From the NCBI GenBank assembly GCA_000934665.2, contig JYFJ02002069.1:1-63495 (forward strand): DNA of 63,495 nucleotides, given 5' to 3'. Source of the stretch: Catajapyx aquilonaris (lineage: Eukaryota). A program made the position numbers and the translations under genes. Within the stretch, counting starts at the first letter, position 1. The number at the start of each line of letters is the position of its first letter. Positions 1 through 13,100 of the stretch are shown here, one piece after another. The notes below the pieces were generated by a model, which searched no databases, was not told the DNA's origin, and saw only the letters and a list, made by a program, of their open reading frames with translations.

Positions 1-90
1 TTCCGGACACGGGTTCCTATGTCAAAAATGTTTGTCTTGGTCCCCTCTATCACCCCTAGAAGTTTGTAAAGTTAGGTCGTAAACACCCTG
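1..90. mobile_element. Right end of a Tc1/mariner-type MITE, truncated by the window edge; same family as 928-1477
   Basis: Ends ...AAACACCCTG followed by TA (91-92). Bases 1-68 nearly match the right TIR of the 928-1477 element (TTCCTATGTCAAAAATGTTTGTCTTGGTCCCC...ATCACCCCTAGAAGTTTGT). Confidence 0.8.
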
Positions 91-346
91 TATAATATTA
101 TGGTCTAAGGTGACGATATGGCGCCAATGACGGATACTGATCGTTACTTGTTTTCTCGCGTGCCATCTACCGGTCACATTAACAAATGCCTATTGCCCTG
201 GCGGGCCTTGGCTCTCTCGTGTGAACCCGCCAGGGCTTCAACCTGCCCGGGCTCGAGCCGGGGCCAGGGCTAGTGAGGGGCCTGCCGGCCTGGCCCCGGC
301 AAACTGGTCCAGTCTGGACTAGCCCTATGACTAAATAAACAAATAC

Positions 347-1946
347 CTCATGAATGGGGGAGATAATATCATCCTCACTCCCTTCTCCATCACATGCATC
401 ATTCAGGATGCTCTCCAGCGTAGGTGGTCTAGCTACAGGTGGAATGTCATACTCAATGTCATCCAGCTGGAAAAGACAAATGCCTTCTTTCAGGTTTGTT
501 ACACATTACCAGAGGTAAAAACAGCCTTGGGCCTTGGCCATAACAGATTCTCAGTTATACCATACTCGAAAGGCTGTTCCCAACATACAGTAATTACTTC
601 CATATAATTATATGGCTTATGTTTTTGGCTAAAACAGACCTGTTAGAGCAGACTGAAAAATTAGAAATTTTGATGAATGATTGGGGGACATTTTATGGCC
701 CGAAAACCCAGATATGTCCTCAGATTTGAAAATAATTTAAAAAGCATTTTTCCAAATATTTCACTTACAACTAGTGAGGCATACACACACCTCCATATTT
801 TAAACCGGTTTAAATTGTAGGCCCTGCTTAATCCTTCCAAATGACGGTCAGCAGCATGAACAGCATCTGGAGTTGCCTGAGAAGATTTCCTGCAGCCTAA
901 CAATGAGGCATTGCAATAAGCATTATACAGGGTGTAAATGAATTCAACCGACAAACTTCTAGGGGTGATAGTGGGGACCAAGATAAACATTTTTGACATA
1001 GGAAACCGTGTCCGGAAACGCCATCTAGAGGGGGTTCATAGACAAGGAATGGGTGCACTCAGACGCGTCACACGTGAGGCGCTAGGCGAGCGGACTGTTT
1101 TGTTGATAGATGGCGCTCGGATAGTAACCAACGATACGATGTACCATAACGTGGCAACTAGCAACTAAAGTCCGCCTCCTAGGAGACGCGTGGATAGTCA
1201 ACAGCGGTTCTGTTGTTGCCAGGTTATGGCGTATCGTGTTGTTGTTTACTTACAACGACGCGATATGCCATAACCTGGCAACAACTGTGCGCCATCTATC
1301 AACAAAACAGTCCGCTCGACTTGCACCTCTCGCGTGACGCGTCTGAGCACACCTGTTCCTCGTCTATGAACCCCCTCTAGATGGCGTTTCCGAACACGGT
1401 TTCCTATGTCAAAAATGTTTGTCTTGGTCCCCACTATCACCCCTAGAAGTTTGTCGGTTGAATTCATTTACACCCTGTATGGTAGTGATAACTGTATGTT
1501 TGGTGTCTCCCCACATTATCTGGATGGTGCTAAACTCTGTCCTATGATAAGTCAACTCCTGCCATGACAGTGAAGAGGGCACAATCCATCAATTTAGTTA
1601 GGTTTGGACTAAAGCCAACCCCTCGAGTTGCCTCAGGGGTCTCCTGCATGAGGCCAACCAAGCATGTCAGGGTCCACAGCATGGGATGCATGTGCGTGCA
1701 TATGTTTACCTCCTCGAGATCCCCGATCTCCTCCCCTGCCCCTGTTACTCCTCCTCCTCCTGATCCTCCCGCTTCTTCCCTTCCGTTGTTCTGCGTGGTG
1801 TAGCTGCTCCCGGCAGTGTTCCCCGACTGCTGGCTGCCCAGGGAGGCCGTGTCGGTGGCCGGGGCCTGGGCCGCCTCGTCGTTTGCCCCTGCTCCTCCCC
1901 CTACAGGTCCACTGCAGCAGACGGCCGACCCACCGCCTGACTCCAT
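347..1946 (-). CDS. Vps8: Vacuolar protein sorting-associated protein 8 (CORVET subunit), 5' part; gene continues beyond the left edge
   Basis: Exon 1 1946-1710 (MESGGG...GDLEE, donor GAG|GTAAAC). Exon 2 466-347 (acceptor ttttccag, donor GAG|GTATTT, phase 0-0) encodes LDDIEYDIPPVARPPTLESILND, matching the metazoan VPS8 N-terminal motif DDKEFDIPQVDTPPTLESILNE. Confidence 0.85.
928..1477. mobile_element. Tc1/mariner-type MITE, 550 bp, ~190-bp TIRs
   Basis: TA|CAGGGTGTAAATGAATTCAACCG ... CGGTTGAATTCATTTACACCCTG|TA. The mirror ORFs 938+ and 1467- give almost the same peptide, confirming inverted arms. No transposase. Confidence 0.92.
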
Positions 1947-4176
1947 CTTGGATCATCACCTGAATTACTACATCAAACATGGCTGTCCTGTCACTGCAAT
2001 GCACTCAGCACCCCGTTGCGGACGAGAGGACCAAACGAGGTGTTCATTACAAAAGCGATGGTTGCATTGTATGCCTTTTGGCGGGTCGTGTTGAATCAGC
2101 CTATGCGCACTGCTCTTACAAATTAAAGCAATTTCAATGGGAAACCCAGCAATTTAAAATCATAACTAGGAAAACCCTCGCTCCGCTCGCATTTTCCTAG
2201 GGCGCAAGCCTAGAAAACCATTCGCTTCGCTCGCTCTTATCTAGGCCTGCGGCCTGGGGTACCTATTTGGCTCACCATATGGCCATATCCCATATCGCTG
2301 GAGGAGGGTGTAACGTTAGACCTTCAGAAGTCTTCGAACTGACCGATTAGTGAGAAGGGAGAACATGTCTGTCCTGTGTCTGTTGTTCCATAAAGGGAAC
2401 TGACTCTGCTGCACGGTGCAGGTACAGCGGTGCCTCGACTTGGGCCAAAATAGCTGCTTATTCGTGAAGCCCCTCTCGAAGGGGAAATCAGCTTAGAAAT
2501 CTGCCGACAGAGCGCGCGACGATCGACGTTAGGGCGACCACCAAAAAAAAAAGTGAATAGGCTCTCTTCTATTCTCTAATCTTTGAGACCACAGACGCTT
2601 GACCAGGCCTAGAACCATAGACTGAAAGTAGAGAAGTGAACATATTTATCAACGCCTGGGCCTCAGCCTAGACCTAAGGTCGACGCAAGTGCGCTCTGGC
2701 GGAGAAAATTTGAACCCGCTTTTGCCTTGCTGACGGGCTGCACAAACAAGCCTGGAGAGGAGCCACCGGCCCTCTATACACCTTGCTCTGCTGTAAACAA
2801 CTTCACAGCAGTGCCAACTGGGCAACAATACAGAGAAGGAATGGACAGTTCCCCCGGCAACCCAACAGAGGAGTTGTTTACACCCCATTGCGCATAAGTA
2901 GAATGAGGGCCAATGGGGATGTGGTGGTAACAATATGCGGCAGACAAATCACAGGGCTCGGTCAACCACCGCAAGGATTTTAATATGATAGATATTATAT
3001 TATAGAGCTATCCAGTTTTGTCAAGCTAGCAGTCATCATGTCCCTAGTAATGTTGTCACATACGGTACCAGAGGAAATCTTCATCGTGTACTGCCAAACC
3101 ATTATTAGAGAACCATGGGCAGGTCTATGTGAAAATCATGACTATTGTACAAGCTGCTATGGGGCCTCTACAAACACAGAATTTTGTAAGCATATTATTA
3201 GGGCAGGCAGGTCACCACAGGAGTGCCCCAATTTTAGAAAAATGCAAGTGAGTGCAAGTTACAGCGTATGGTTATATCTACATTTTATATGCAGAGTATG
3301 TCAAATGAAAACTGTAATTTATCCCAAGGTGGGAAAGAATATGGGGAAAAGAGTTTGTCAATAGCCATTGACTCCACATTGTCAATTTTTAGGCAAATAC
3401 GACATTCCTTTCCCTGTCTGTACTGTACAAGGATTACTTTAAAAAAAATAAGAATACTTACAATCCAGTTCCAAATTGTGAGATTTGCTCACAAGTCATC
3501 CATGTAATAAGGCATTATTGTAGTCAGGTTAAGATTGCTCAAGGATCCCTGCCATGATTGAATTTACAGTTGCCCACTATAATTACTCGTATTTATATCA
3601 GTTGTTTTACTAATTTTAAATACAAATGTGAAATTCAGTTTTTAAATATTGGTTCTCTGAATAGTGAAAATCAGTTGAGAACTTGATTTTTTTTTTTCTC
3701 ATTTACGAAAAATGGCAACAGAAAATCCCAGGAACCTTTTTTTCGGGGAAGGGTGGTTTTTATGATTTACTCTTAAATGGCTGGGATGCCACTTCGTGGC
3801 ACTGTTCACTTCTACGTAGATGGAAGGATCAGCCAGCATGCCAAGTATTACATACGGACCCTAAAACACAAGCAAATTGGATTTGCTTACAGGCAAACAC
3901 TTTTCTGCTGTCAGACAACCACAGGGAGAAAAGGGAAGAGCAAAATAGTCTAAGTTCCTTCCATCATGCCCAGATCCATTTCTTTTACTCTCACTAGATG
4001 AAAGAAGCTTGCCCTTTTTACAATGGTAGGAATTGGAACTTTTCTGCTACCCCACCATTTTGAGTAAACGGGAGCTGCCCTTATTAACTGAAATGCACCA
4101 TGAAAATGAGTGACAATGCATGTCCAATATTTATTCTTGTAAAAGTCACAAGTAAAAAAGAATATCAAATGAAGCA

Positions 4177-7100
4177 TTACAAAAACTCCATTTCCCTTTC
4201 AATTCCAACAAATTTCAGTTGCTCTGTAGGTCCATATCTGAAAAGGAATATGACATTTGCATAATAACAAAAAATGATTTATTTATACTTTAGTTACCTG
4301 TAATCAAAAAATAGTTCTTCCCCTGGTTGAATGGCTCTCTTGGCAAATATGCCAATCCGATGATCTCCATTTACCATCATCACTTTGGCGTAACAGTTTG
4401 GATTGATTGAATGGTTGGCAAACCTGATCTTGTTTCCCTTACGTGTTGCATCCACCACAAAATCTGTTGAAAAGGCAAATAGCATATGTAGCATATAGTG
4501 CAGTGGTTCCCAAAGTAATATTTCGCAATCCTTGCTCTATTGAGAAGGTAACACTGAACTCAAGGAATACTGACCATTGTTAAGATTGAAGAGGAAGCTG
4601 CACATGTACTTGTCATACACCTTCCCCCTTCTATCTGCCTCATCCTGTGAGATTATCTCGCCACAGTACTCTGATATGAACTCATTCTTCTGAGCATTCT
4701 CTTTCAAGAAGATGCCCCACCCAGCAACATCAGAGGGGGCCATCAACAGATGCTTGTCTGAAAGAGCAAGTGCATGCATATGTCCCTTCAGTAATAATAC
4801 TGTCACAAAAAATGTTTTTTTTGAACTGTCATGACAACACTCACGCAGTCCTCGTTGTACACTGACATTCTTGCAGGAAGTCTTTGAGACATCGAATTGA
4901 TCAGCACCACATGTTTGGCAGAGGTCAGGATCACATTCTCTCACTGCTAAGTAGCAAGGGCACTGCTTTGTGTTGCACTGAGCTTTACAGCGACAGCCTG
5001 GGAAACGGTTGTGACCTGGGTTCAAGTAGAAATGGTTTAATATGTTGTTAATGGATCCACTAAATAAATCATATAAATGAAGTACTAGACCACAAAATAA
5101 TGCAAGATAATGGAGGTTATAAGAAATATGAGTATGTAATACATTTGAACACAGTATAATATGAAATCTTATGAAGTATATCAATTGCAAATACAACATC
5201 AGAGCAAGCATCATAACTAAGGAAGCAGCAGGAACAGCAAAGCCTGTGACTTTACAAGGCCTGGGTGGTCCTCAAGAGAAAAAAAAGAGAAATTCTGCAT
5301 GCACATTACTGACAGTCAAAAATATTGGAGATTGTTGCTGCTCATATGCAATTAATGAACTGAGAGAACGGAAAGAATTGGGGGGCCTGGGAGAGTAACT
5401 TGCAGTAGAGCCCTGGCTGACCTACCCATGGTACTGACACTAAGTAAATAGAGCTCTCATGTTTTTGTTTAACATAACAAATAATTTATGTAAAGACATC
5501 TGGGCAAAAACAGGCCTGAAATTATTGTATGTTAACAGTTTGCCTTTACAAAAGAAAGAAAAAAAGCACCATGTTCAGAGTAAATACTGTAATAAACTGA
5601 ACCCAAATATAACTCACAGTCGGTGCTGCATTGGCAAAACTTTTCACAAAAGTTTTGTGCCATAGCACAAGGACAGAGGTGGTCACAGGCCTGCCCTGGG
5701 TGATCACATGGAGTAAAGTTGTAAACATGATTGGAGGAGTTATCCTTCTTGAGCTGTATCTTGCGGCAATGCATAGACCACAGCCTGTGCTTCTTCTTCT
5801 TCTTGCGAGGTGGGGTGTAGTCACGAGTGGACTCCTCTGTTGGCATGTCGGATGCTTCCTTCTGTGCAAACTGATATACCTGTAAGCATTATGTATGAGT
5901 TTCCCACTATATTGTATGTCACACAATTAATATGCTGGTACAGGAATTACCTTGCTAATTAAGTGCTCATACAAAAAATAATTGCAAATTTGTTACACAG
6001 AATTAGTGTAAATAATAATTGGTTACTCTGTGGCTGACTTCTCATGTTTATGAGCATTGACTCTCTGACTGGCTTTGTGTCAATGAAATGCCAACCACTT
6101 GGATAGGTACCCAATACTTGACGTATAAAAATTCAGTGAAACCATTCTATAGCAGAATCACTCGGTTCTGTGAAAATTTTATGTGATAAGACAAATCTGC
6201 TACGTCAGACAACATTACATTAGAAAAAACCTTTAAGGCGCATATTCAAAGTCTCCTAATTGAGGCCCCACATTCATATGCTTTTCAAACACCCAATTTG
6301 TCTGGCCTGCTGTGAAAGTTTCGTCCATCATGGTGATTTTATTTCACCCACTTTTTGCCCCAATCCTGGTTAGCCAGAGTTGTTAAACAGCCTTCAATAG
6401 TGTATTGATTTGGCCAAAAATATGGTTGCCCTCACTAAGGGAATGAAAAATGCTGTCAATTTCTTCATTACACACACAAAAATACAGCAGGAATTGCTAT
6501 ATTTCTTTGGGGACCACAAAAATTTCCCCATAAGGCATGTTTCTGCTACATCTGAGGTTCACTAAAAATAGGTTTCACTTGTATCTTGATTGACTCATGG
6601 CATTACCTGTTGGCATGTCTTATTGAGCATTATCTGAGCAATTGCACAGTAATTGTTCATGAAGACTTTATGCAGAGTCCTGAACAAAGACTGTTCAGCT
6701 CCAGTCCACTGATCACTCATCTCTGACATGATCAACTCCAACGGGTTAAATGCAGGTGTAGGGAACATGCTGCTGCAACTGGCAGCAGTGCCTGCCATTG
6801 CCAAGGCTGCAGCAGCAGCAGTGCCAGTAATCTCCTGAGACTTCACATCTCCCATGTATTTTGATGATGCTTCTGGAGGGGTTGGGGTGGAGTCTCCAGG
6901 GGTTGACTGCCCCTGGGCAGTTTGACTCTGGGTGCTTTGTCCCTTGGAACGACCTGAACCACGTCCAAAGTCAGCTTTACCACTGCTTGAGTTGCTGTTC
7001 TCAGAGACATCAGGTAATACTATTCCTGAGTTCCAGCCACTACTGCCATCTGCTTGAAAAGATATGAACAACAAGACACTTCAGTATTGAAATACACTGA

Positions 7101-10100
7101 CGATCCATGCCCACCATTGTGCAACATCAGCATCAACTTACTGCAACTACTTCCGTAAATATGCAGTATCTAATTGAAGCCTGACTGTTCATCAATTATG
7201 CCCCTGTCACAAAGGCACATGCAGTATCATTAAGAGAATGCCAAATGTGATAATTCTACAGGATGCATAGACTTATAGCACATAAGAGAGAATATGAATC
7301 AAAACAGGTACTCCCACATTAATGTGTGTGAACACGCAGGTCTGGTACATTGCAGATTTTCTGTTATAACTTGCTCTCTCACTTGTGAGTGAAATAATTA
7401 TTTATTATTCTAACTAACAATTTGTTAGTTAGAATAATAAATAATGATTCAAGTCCTAGTGAAACATAGCCATATTAAATATGGCTATGTTTCACTAGGA
7501 CTTGAAAAAGGCCAGTAACTGCCTAAACCTTTTTCAAAGGCTGTGATTGTAAATGATTATATTCAGAATATAACTGCAGTTTTGGTGCCAAATAAAATTA
7601 TTCAAAAGACACAATTCCATGTTTAATCGCAAAAAAGGGCACAATAATACAATATTATAAGCTTATCTCTCACTGTCAGTAAAATTTACAAGAGTTCAGC
7701 AGATCAGATTCAAACGACACTGACCTTTCTCCTTTTTAGGATTGATCCGCACACTATCATTGCTGTCCTCTGAACTGGCCTCATTTCCTGAGTCAATGGA
7801 AGCATGTTTCCTCACTTTTCTCGGCTTTTGCTCATTTGATTGCTCCCCTTCCTCCTTGGATTTTTCTGCAGCCATGGCAGCCAACTTCTCCTTCATTCCA
7901 TCCTGAAAACCACAATAAGGGCAGTCAAGTAAATTACCTGTTTTACTTTATAAAGCTGAATCAATGAAAATAAAGGAACTCACCAAATGCATGTAACAAT
8001 AAGGCCCACATGGCTCAGAAAATGGCTTCAATTCTGGTCCCTTCCTCTTCAATAAATTTGGTCCAGGATGGTACACCTGCAGACCTGGACAAGTGAAAAG
8101 AGTCAATCAGTGGTGGGGGAAAAAAATGTATGTTGCATTAAGAGACTAATTGTCACATTCTGTGACCTTTAAGCCCCACACAATAGTCTAACAAAGCAGT
8201 GTGTGTGGCTGCATTAACATTCCATAAAGGCACATTCTGCCCCATTTTTACATTTAAATTTGGGCACATTGTTTCTAATTAACCATGTGAATGCCATCAC
8301 AATAACTTTCCAGAACAATTTTTTAGTAGTTTTTTTTACCTACCATCCAGTCCAATATTTCTATACTACTCAAATCCTGAACCCATGGCAATACTGAGAC
8401 AAGTTGTATTACCTACCGCAAGTAATCACTTGTACATCAATCTATCTAAGACACCATAACAACTAAATATGAAGCCTTGAAAAGTCACAGATCAAAATTT
8501 CTACCCATCACCTCTACCACTTGTTACCAGGAAATACTACTAATTTTATTTGCTGCTATAACATCACCATTGCAATTTTGGTTTGATCACCATCCCTGTC
8601 AAGACTTTTATTTTTTGTTAGGCAATAAGAGACAACTTACAATGCGTCACTGTTATTTGTGGAAAGGGAGAAAAATTAAGAAAGCACTGTATAATGAGCG
8701 CAGTTATATTGTCTGTGTCGGCCCACCATTAAAGCGACATTTAATAAAAAACAAAAACAGGGTCTGCTTACCTCTATTTGGACCATTTCCTTTGACAGCT
8801 GCATGTCAGAGTAAAGCAGCATATGTCAAGAAAAAACAAAACCCCCTCCCAACATAAATACAGACACAATATTATTCAAGCCTTGGGGGCAAGACCCTGT
8901 GATTCTACTTTTTTGTTTCCCTTTTTATCCCAAGGCATATACTTCTGCGCCAATTATGTTTCCACATTGGTCTCATAAATTCACGTCAATATCCCACAGC
9001 AGCATCACCTCTTAAAGATCTACAAGTCATGTGTACTAAACTAAAAACCAAAGGCATGATAAGGACACAAACTGAAGGATAAAAAATCTGATCACCTCAC
9101 CTCAAGAAAAAACAAAAACTTGCAATACTGTTTTTAAAAAAAGAAAACCAGAAATAGACAAAGAGTAATGTCAGCAAAGGTCACTTCTGAACAAAAAGGG
9201 TAGGGTGGCCCAACAATAAAGATACCTTCCTGTTAAATATTTCTGCTTATTTATAAGTTTTCTGGTAGGCAGAAATTTGTAGGTTGTTTGTAGCATTATA
9301 AAGGAACTGCTCCTTTAACCCCTTCGGCCCCAGATCGCCTCGAACCACACAGTTTTTGGCTTACGCGTACTCCGAAGATACGGACAAAATATTTTCCAAA
9401 TAATAACAGCTATACTTACGAGATCTGGGAAAACCCTATGAATGTGTCTGGAACCATTTTACTCGTCTAGAAGTCCCTAAATTAATTTCCAAAAAAGGGC
9501 TATAATGACTCGAAATTGAACTACTGCCGCCCAACTTTTAGGCTGATTTAATTATGAAAAGCGTGAAAATATGCGGAATAACAACCTTGAGAACCATGCC
9601 AGAGGAATTTGCTGAAATCGTCGTACTTTGCGAGAAATTTATTAATACTTATTTGCAGCTTTCTGGCACTTCGGAAAACTCCGCATACAGTTCTCCAAGG
9701 TTCTCTAGGTATATATTCAGGATATTTTAACATATTTCACAATTTTAATCTTTCTGGTCCAGCCACCTAGAATCTAGGCGCTAAGAACTCGACGGCAGAG
9801 TACAGCCAGCTTTATACATACAGTATGTATATTATGTAAGGCTGAAATAGTCTGGAAAAAAACATGCTGGGCAACACTTGACCATCTGGGAAACAGACAC
9901 TATCGGCTGCCGGTGCCAAATAGAAAATAATCCCCTCCCACGTGTTAGCTGCACGTGTGATACACCTGGCATGGCCTTCACCAATTTCCCTGTTTTCCGC
10001 GTCTTCCTCCTCCTCTTCCTCTTCTGTAGTCTGACTGTCTTCATTACTATCGGAAACACCGATTTCATCATCCCCATTATTGGAGCTGGCATCGTCATCC

Positions 10101-13100
10101 AGACGAAAATCCGGATCTTCGACCGAATTGTATGACGCAGGGATGTCCAAATATTCATTGTCATCCATGCTACATGCGATAACGAGATGAGTGTCATAAG
10201 GGAATACTGTATACTGTGTATCAATCGCAGCTTACGAAAAGTATTTACCGGAATCAGATCCGTATCACTATCAAAAACTCCGCAGCACTGTCTTCGACTG
10301 TCTTCCTACACCTCGCTCCTCCTTATTGCACGGTCAGCCCAGTACTGCAGACACAAGTCCTTTTCTGGACCTTTCTAGTATGGCATGTTTTCGTTGCTTT
10401 GTGTACTTTTGTCGACAGGAAAAAATGTGGCACATGTGGCAACTTGTGAATAGAGCACGGTCCAATTTCCCAGGCCGCCACGCCAGGTGTATCACACGTG
10501 CAGCTAACACGTGGGAGGGGATTATTTTCTATTTGGCACCGGCAGGCAGTCGATAGTGTCTGTTTCCCAGATGGTCAAGTGTTGCCCAGCATGTTTTTTT
10601 TCCAGACTATTTCAGCCTTACATAATATACATACTGTATGTATAAAGCTGGCTGTACTCTGCCGTCGAGTTCTTAGCGCCTAGATTCTAGGTGGCTGGGC
10701 CAGAAAGATTAAAATTGTGAAATATGTTAAAATATCCTGAATATGTACCTAGAGAACCTTGGAGAACTGTATGCGGAGTTTTCCGAAGTGCCAGAAAGCT
10801 GCAAATAAGTATTAATAAATTTCTCGCAAAGTACGACGATTTCAGCAAATTCCTCTGGCATGGTTCTCAAGGTTGTTATTCCGCATATTTTCACGCTTTT
10901 CATAATTAAATCAGCCTAAAAGTTGGGCGGCAGGAGTCCAATTTCGAGTCATTATAGCCCTTTTTTGGAAATTAATTTAGGGACTTCTAGACGAGTAAAA
11001 TGGTTCCAGACACATTCGTAGGGTTTTCCCAGATCTCGTAAGTATAGCTGTTACTATTTGCAAAATATCTTGTCCGTATCTTCGGAGTACGCGTAAGCCA
11101 AAAACTGTGTGGTTCGGGGCGATCTGGGGCCGAAGGGGTTAATCATGCTCAATTGCTGCCCCTTCCAATTTTTTGACCAAAGAGAGCCAATATACTGTAC
11201 ATCCAAATTTTCCGCCTTTTACATGGCGAACCCACAGGTTTGAGCCCACATTTCCATAGTAAAACTATTCTTTGACCATTTAATACGATAATCTTGAAAA
11301 CCCATTGATATTTTTAATACAGTAGTCTCAATTATAAATTAATGACAGTGAGAAGTGTTCGGATAATAGAAAGTCACGGATACTCAGAAAGGAGTGAAAA
11401 ACATGACATGTTACAGAACATGCAAGTGGACTGAACATTTGCACTCGTGTTTCTGTGTGAAACACACTATTGGGAAGGGGAGGGGGGGGGGGNNNNNGGG
11501 GGGAGAGGGGGGCTGTGGAAGCAGCAGGAGATATTAAGGATGCCTTCGCATATGGCAGAACGTCTCAAATAACCATAAAAAACATATTGTGTAGATGCCC
11601 AAATATCACATGAGTACAGCTTGGAGTCCAGATGACCCGTAGTAAAAATTTCAAGATGGAAAACCTGAGTCAGATGCCTAGTGGATGGAGGATGGACAAG
11701 ATCCAAAGATATGTGGTCTAAATGTTCTACCTGTCCAACTTCTCTCTCTACTTGGTGTCTAAGTCTGGTTTACCAATATGAAATTATTACACATACAAAA
11801 AATCCAGAACCTTGACATATATGAAGTTTTAGCCATAAAATTGGATGGGGCTGCATCAGACATGAACAGTAAACTGTAGTAGTTCTTTCATCTGTTACAA
11901 GTCACCTAATACTCTCTGCTTATTTCAAAACAGGTACATGATCAAAATTGCTATGAGCCTCATTCCTGTAATTCACCACTCTACCATCAAACTGATATCT
12001 CCACAGTAGAAAAATTCAGTATAATTTAAAAACAAAAAATAAAAAAAACTTGAAAAGAAATATCCAAACATAAAAACATCATTTTCATGAATTTATCTTC
12101 AAGTTGTGCAATCAAGAAAGACAACTACCCTTTCTTCTGTGCAATCCACCTTTTCACACCATGTGAAAACACCTCACACAAAGTACTCACGATGTAAAAA
12201 GCAGTCATATTTGAAGCATCTCCGGCAGAACAGGGTATGGAATGAATGCATGGTCTGCTCCCGAGGTACAGACTGTGCACTTGGGCCATCAATGTTTGGA
12301 GTGCATTCAGGTGGGAGTGCACTTGGATCCATCCTCTCTGTCAGCTCCACATACCTTCATCAAAACCCATGGAATTAATAGTTGCATTCACCCAACACAC
12401 ACCCCACTGCAGTTATCTTCACACCTATAAATAGGCCTACTTCTTTAAAAAAGATTTAATGAAAGGTACAACCTACGAAAAAAGTGAACTTGTACCAAAT
12501 TAGTACCTTACACACAGTTCACTTGCAATATCAATAGAGTGAAACCTGGCAGACCCTATACAGGGTGTATCAGAGTCACGGGTCAAGCACGCGCAAGGGG
12601 ATGGAGGAAAATCATAGGTGGCGATAACCTTGGTCGGTTTTATAAAACAATTAGAAATAAGGGAGTAATTGATTTTTGATTACGGCGTGACGTAACCTCC
12701 TTTACGTTCGAATTGAGATGCGCATAAAGGTGAGTACAGTGCGTACAGAGGCTCTCTAGCCATGCCGGTTGTACTGAACAAGGCGCTCTCATGCTCTCCC
12801 GCCTTCCCACACAAAACATGGGGCCGGGTTTGGACCTCGGCAACCCCTCTTTGTGACCTGCCCATGCAACAGTGCACCGAGAAATGGCGGAGCACCGATG
12901 TCTCTGTACAGGCAGGAATGACAGCACGCATACCGTGTAGACGTCATCCTCATCGAAAAATCATGAAAAATGTTTCTTGCAGTGGACAGACTGCTGCGTG
13001 AGGCCGGTACCGGCAGGTACATTGCGAGGCAGGCAAGATACGTCAGGTACGTACAGTAGCACAGTGTGTGTACACCTGTACTGTAGTACAGCACTGCACT

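Noticed and set aside
195..326. GC-rich stretch with GCCAGGGC repeats ending GTCTGGACTAGCCC-TA
   Set aside because: Probably one end of a Harbinger-like MITE, but no matching end is visible in the window.
938..1467. Twin ORFs MNSTDKLLGVIVGTK on opposite strands
   Set aside because: Chance ORFs mirrored by the MITE TIRs; not a duplicated gene.
2164..2780. CGCTTCGCTCG motifs, a short CTAGGAAAA/TTTTCCTAG hairpin and a CATAGAC start upstream of Vps8
   Set aside because: Repeat-like, but I could not define paired termini or a TSD.
9548..10909. Twin 61-aa ORFs MLKYPEY...FHAFHN
   Set aside because: They lie in the two piggyBac arms; there is no convincing piggyBac Cys-rich domain and no independent coding evidence.
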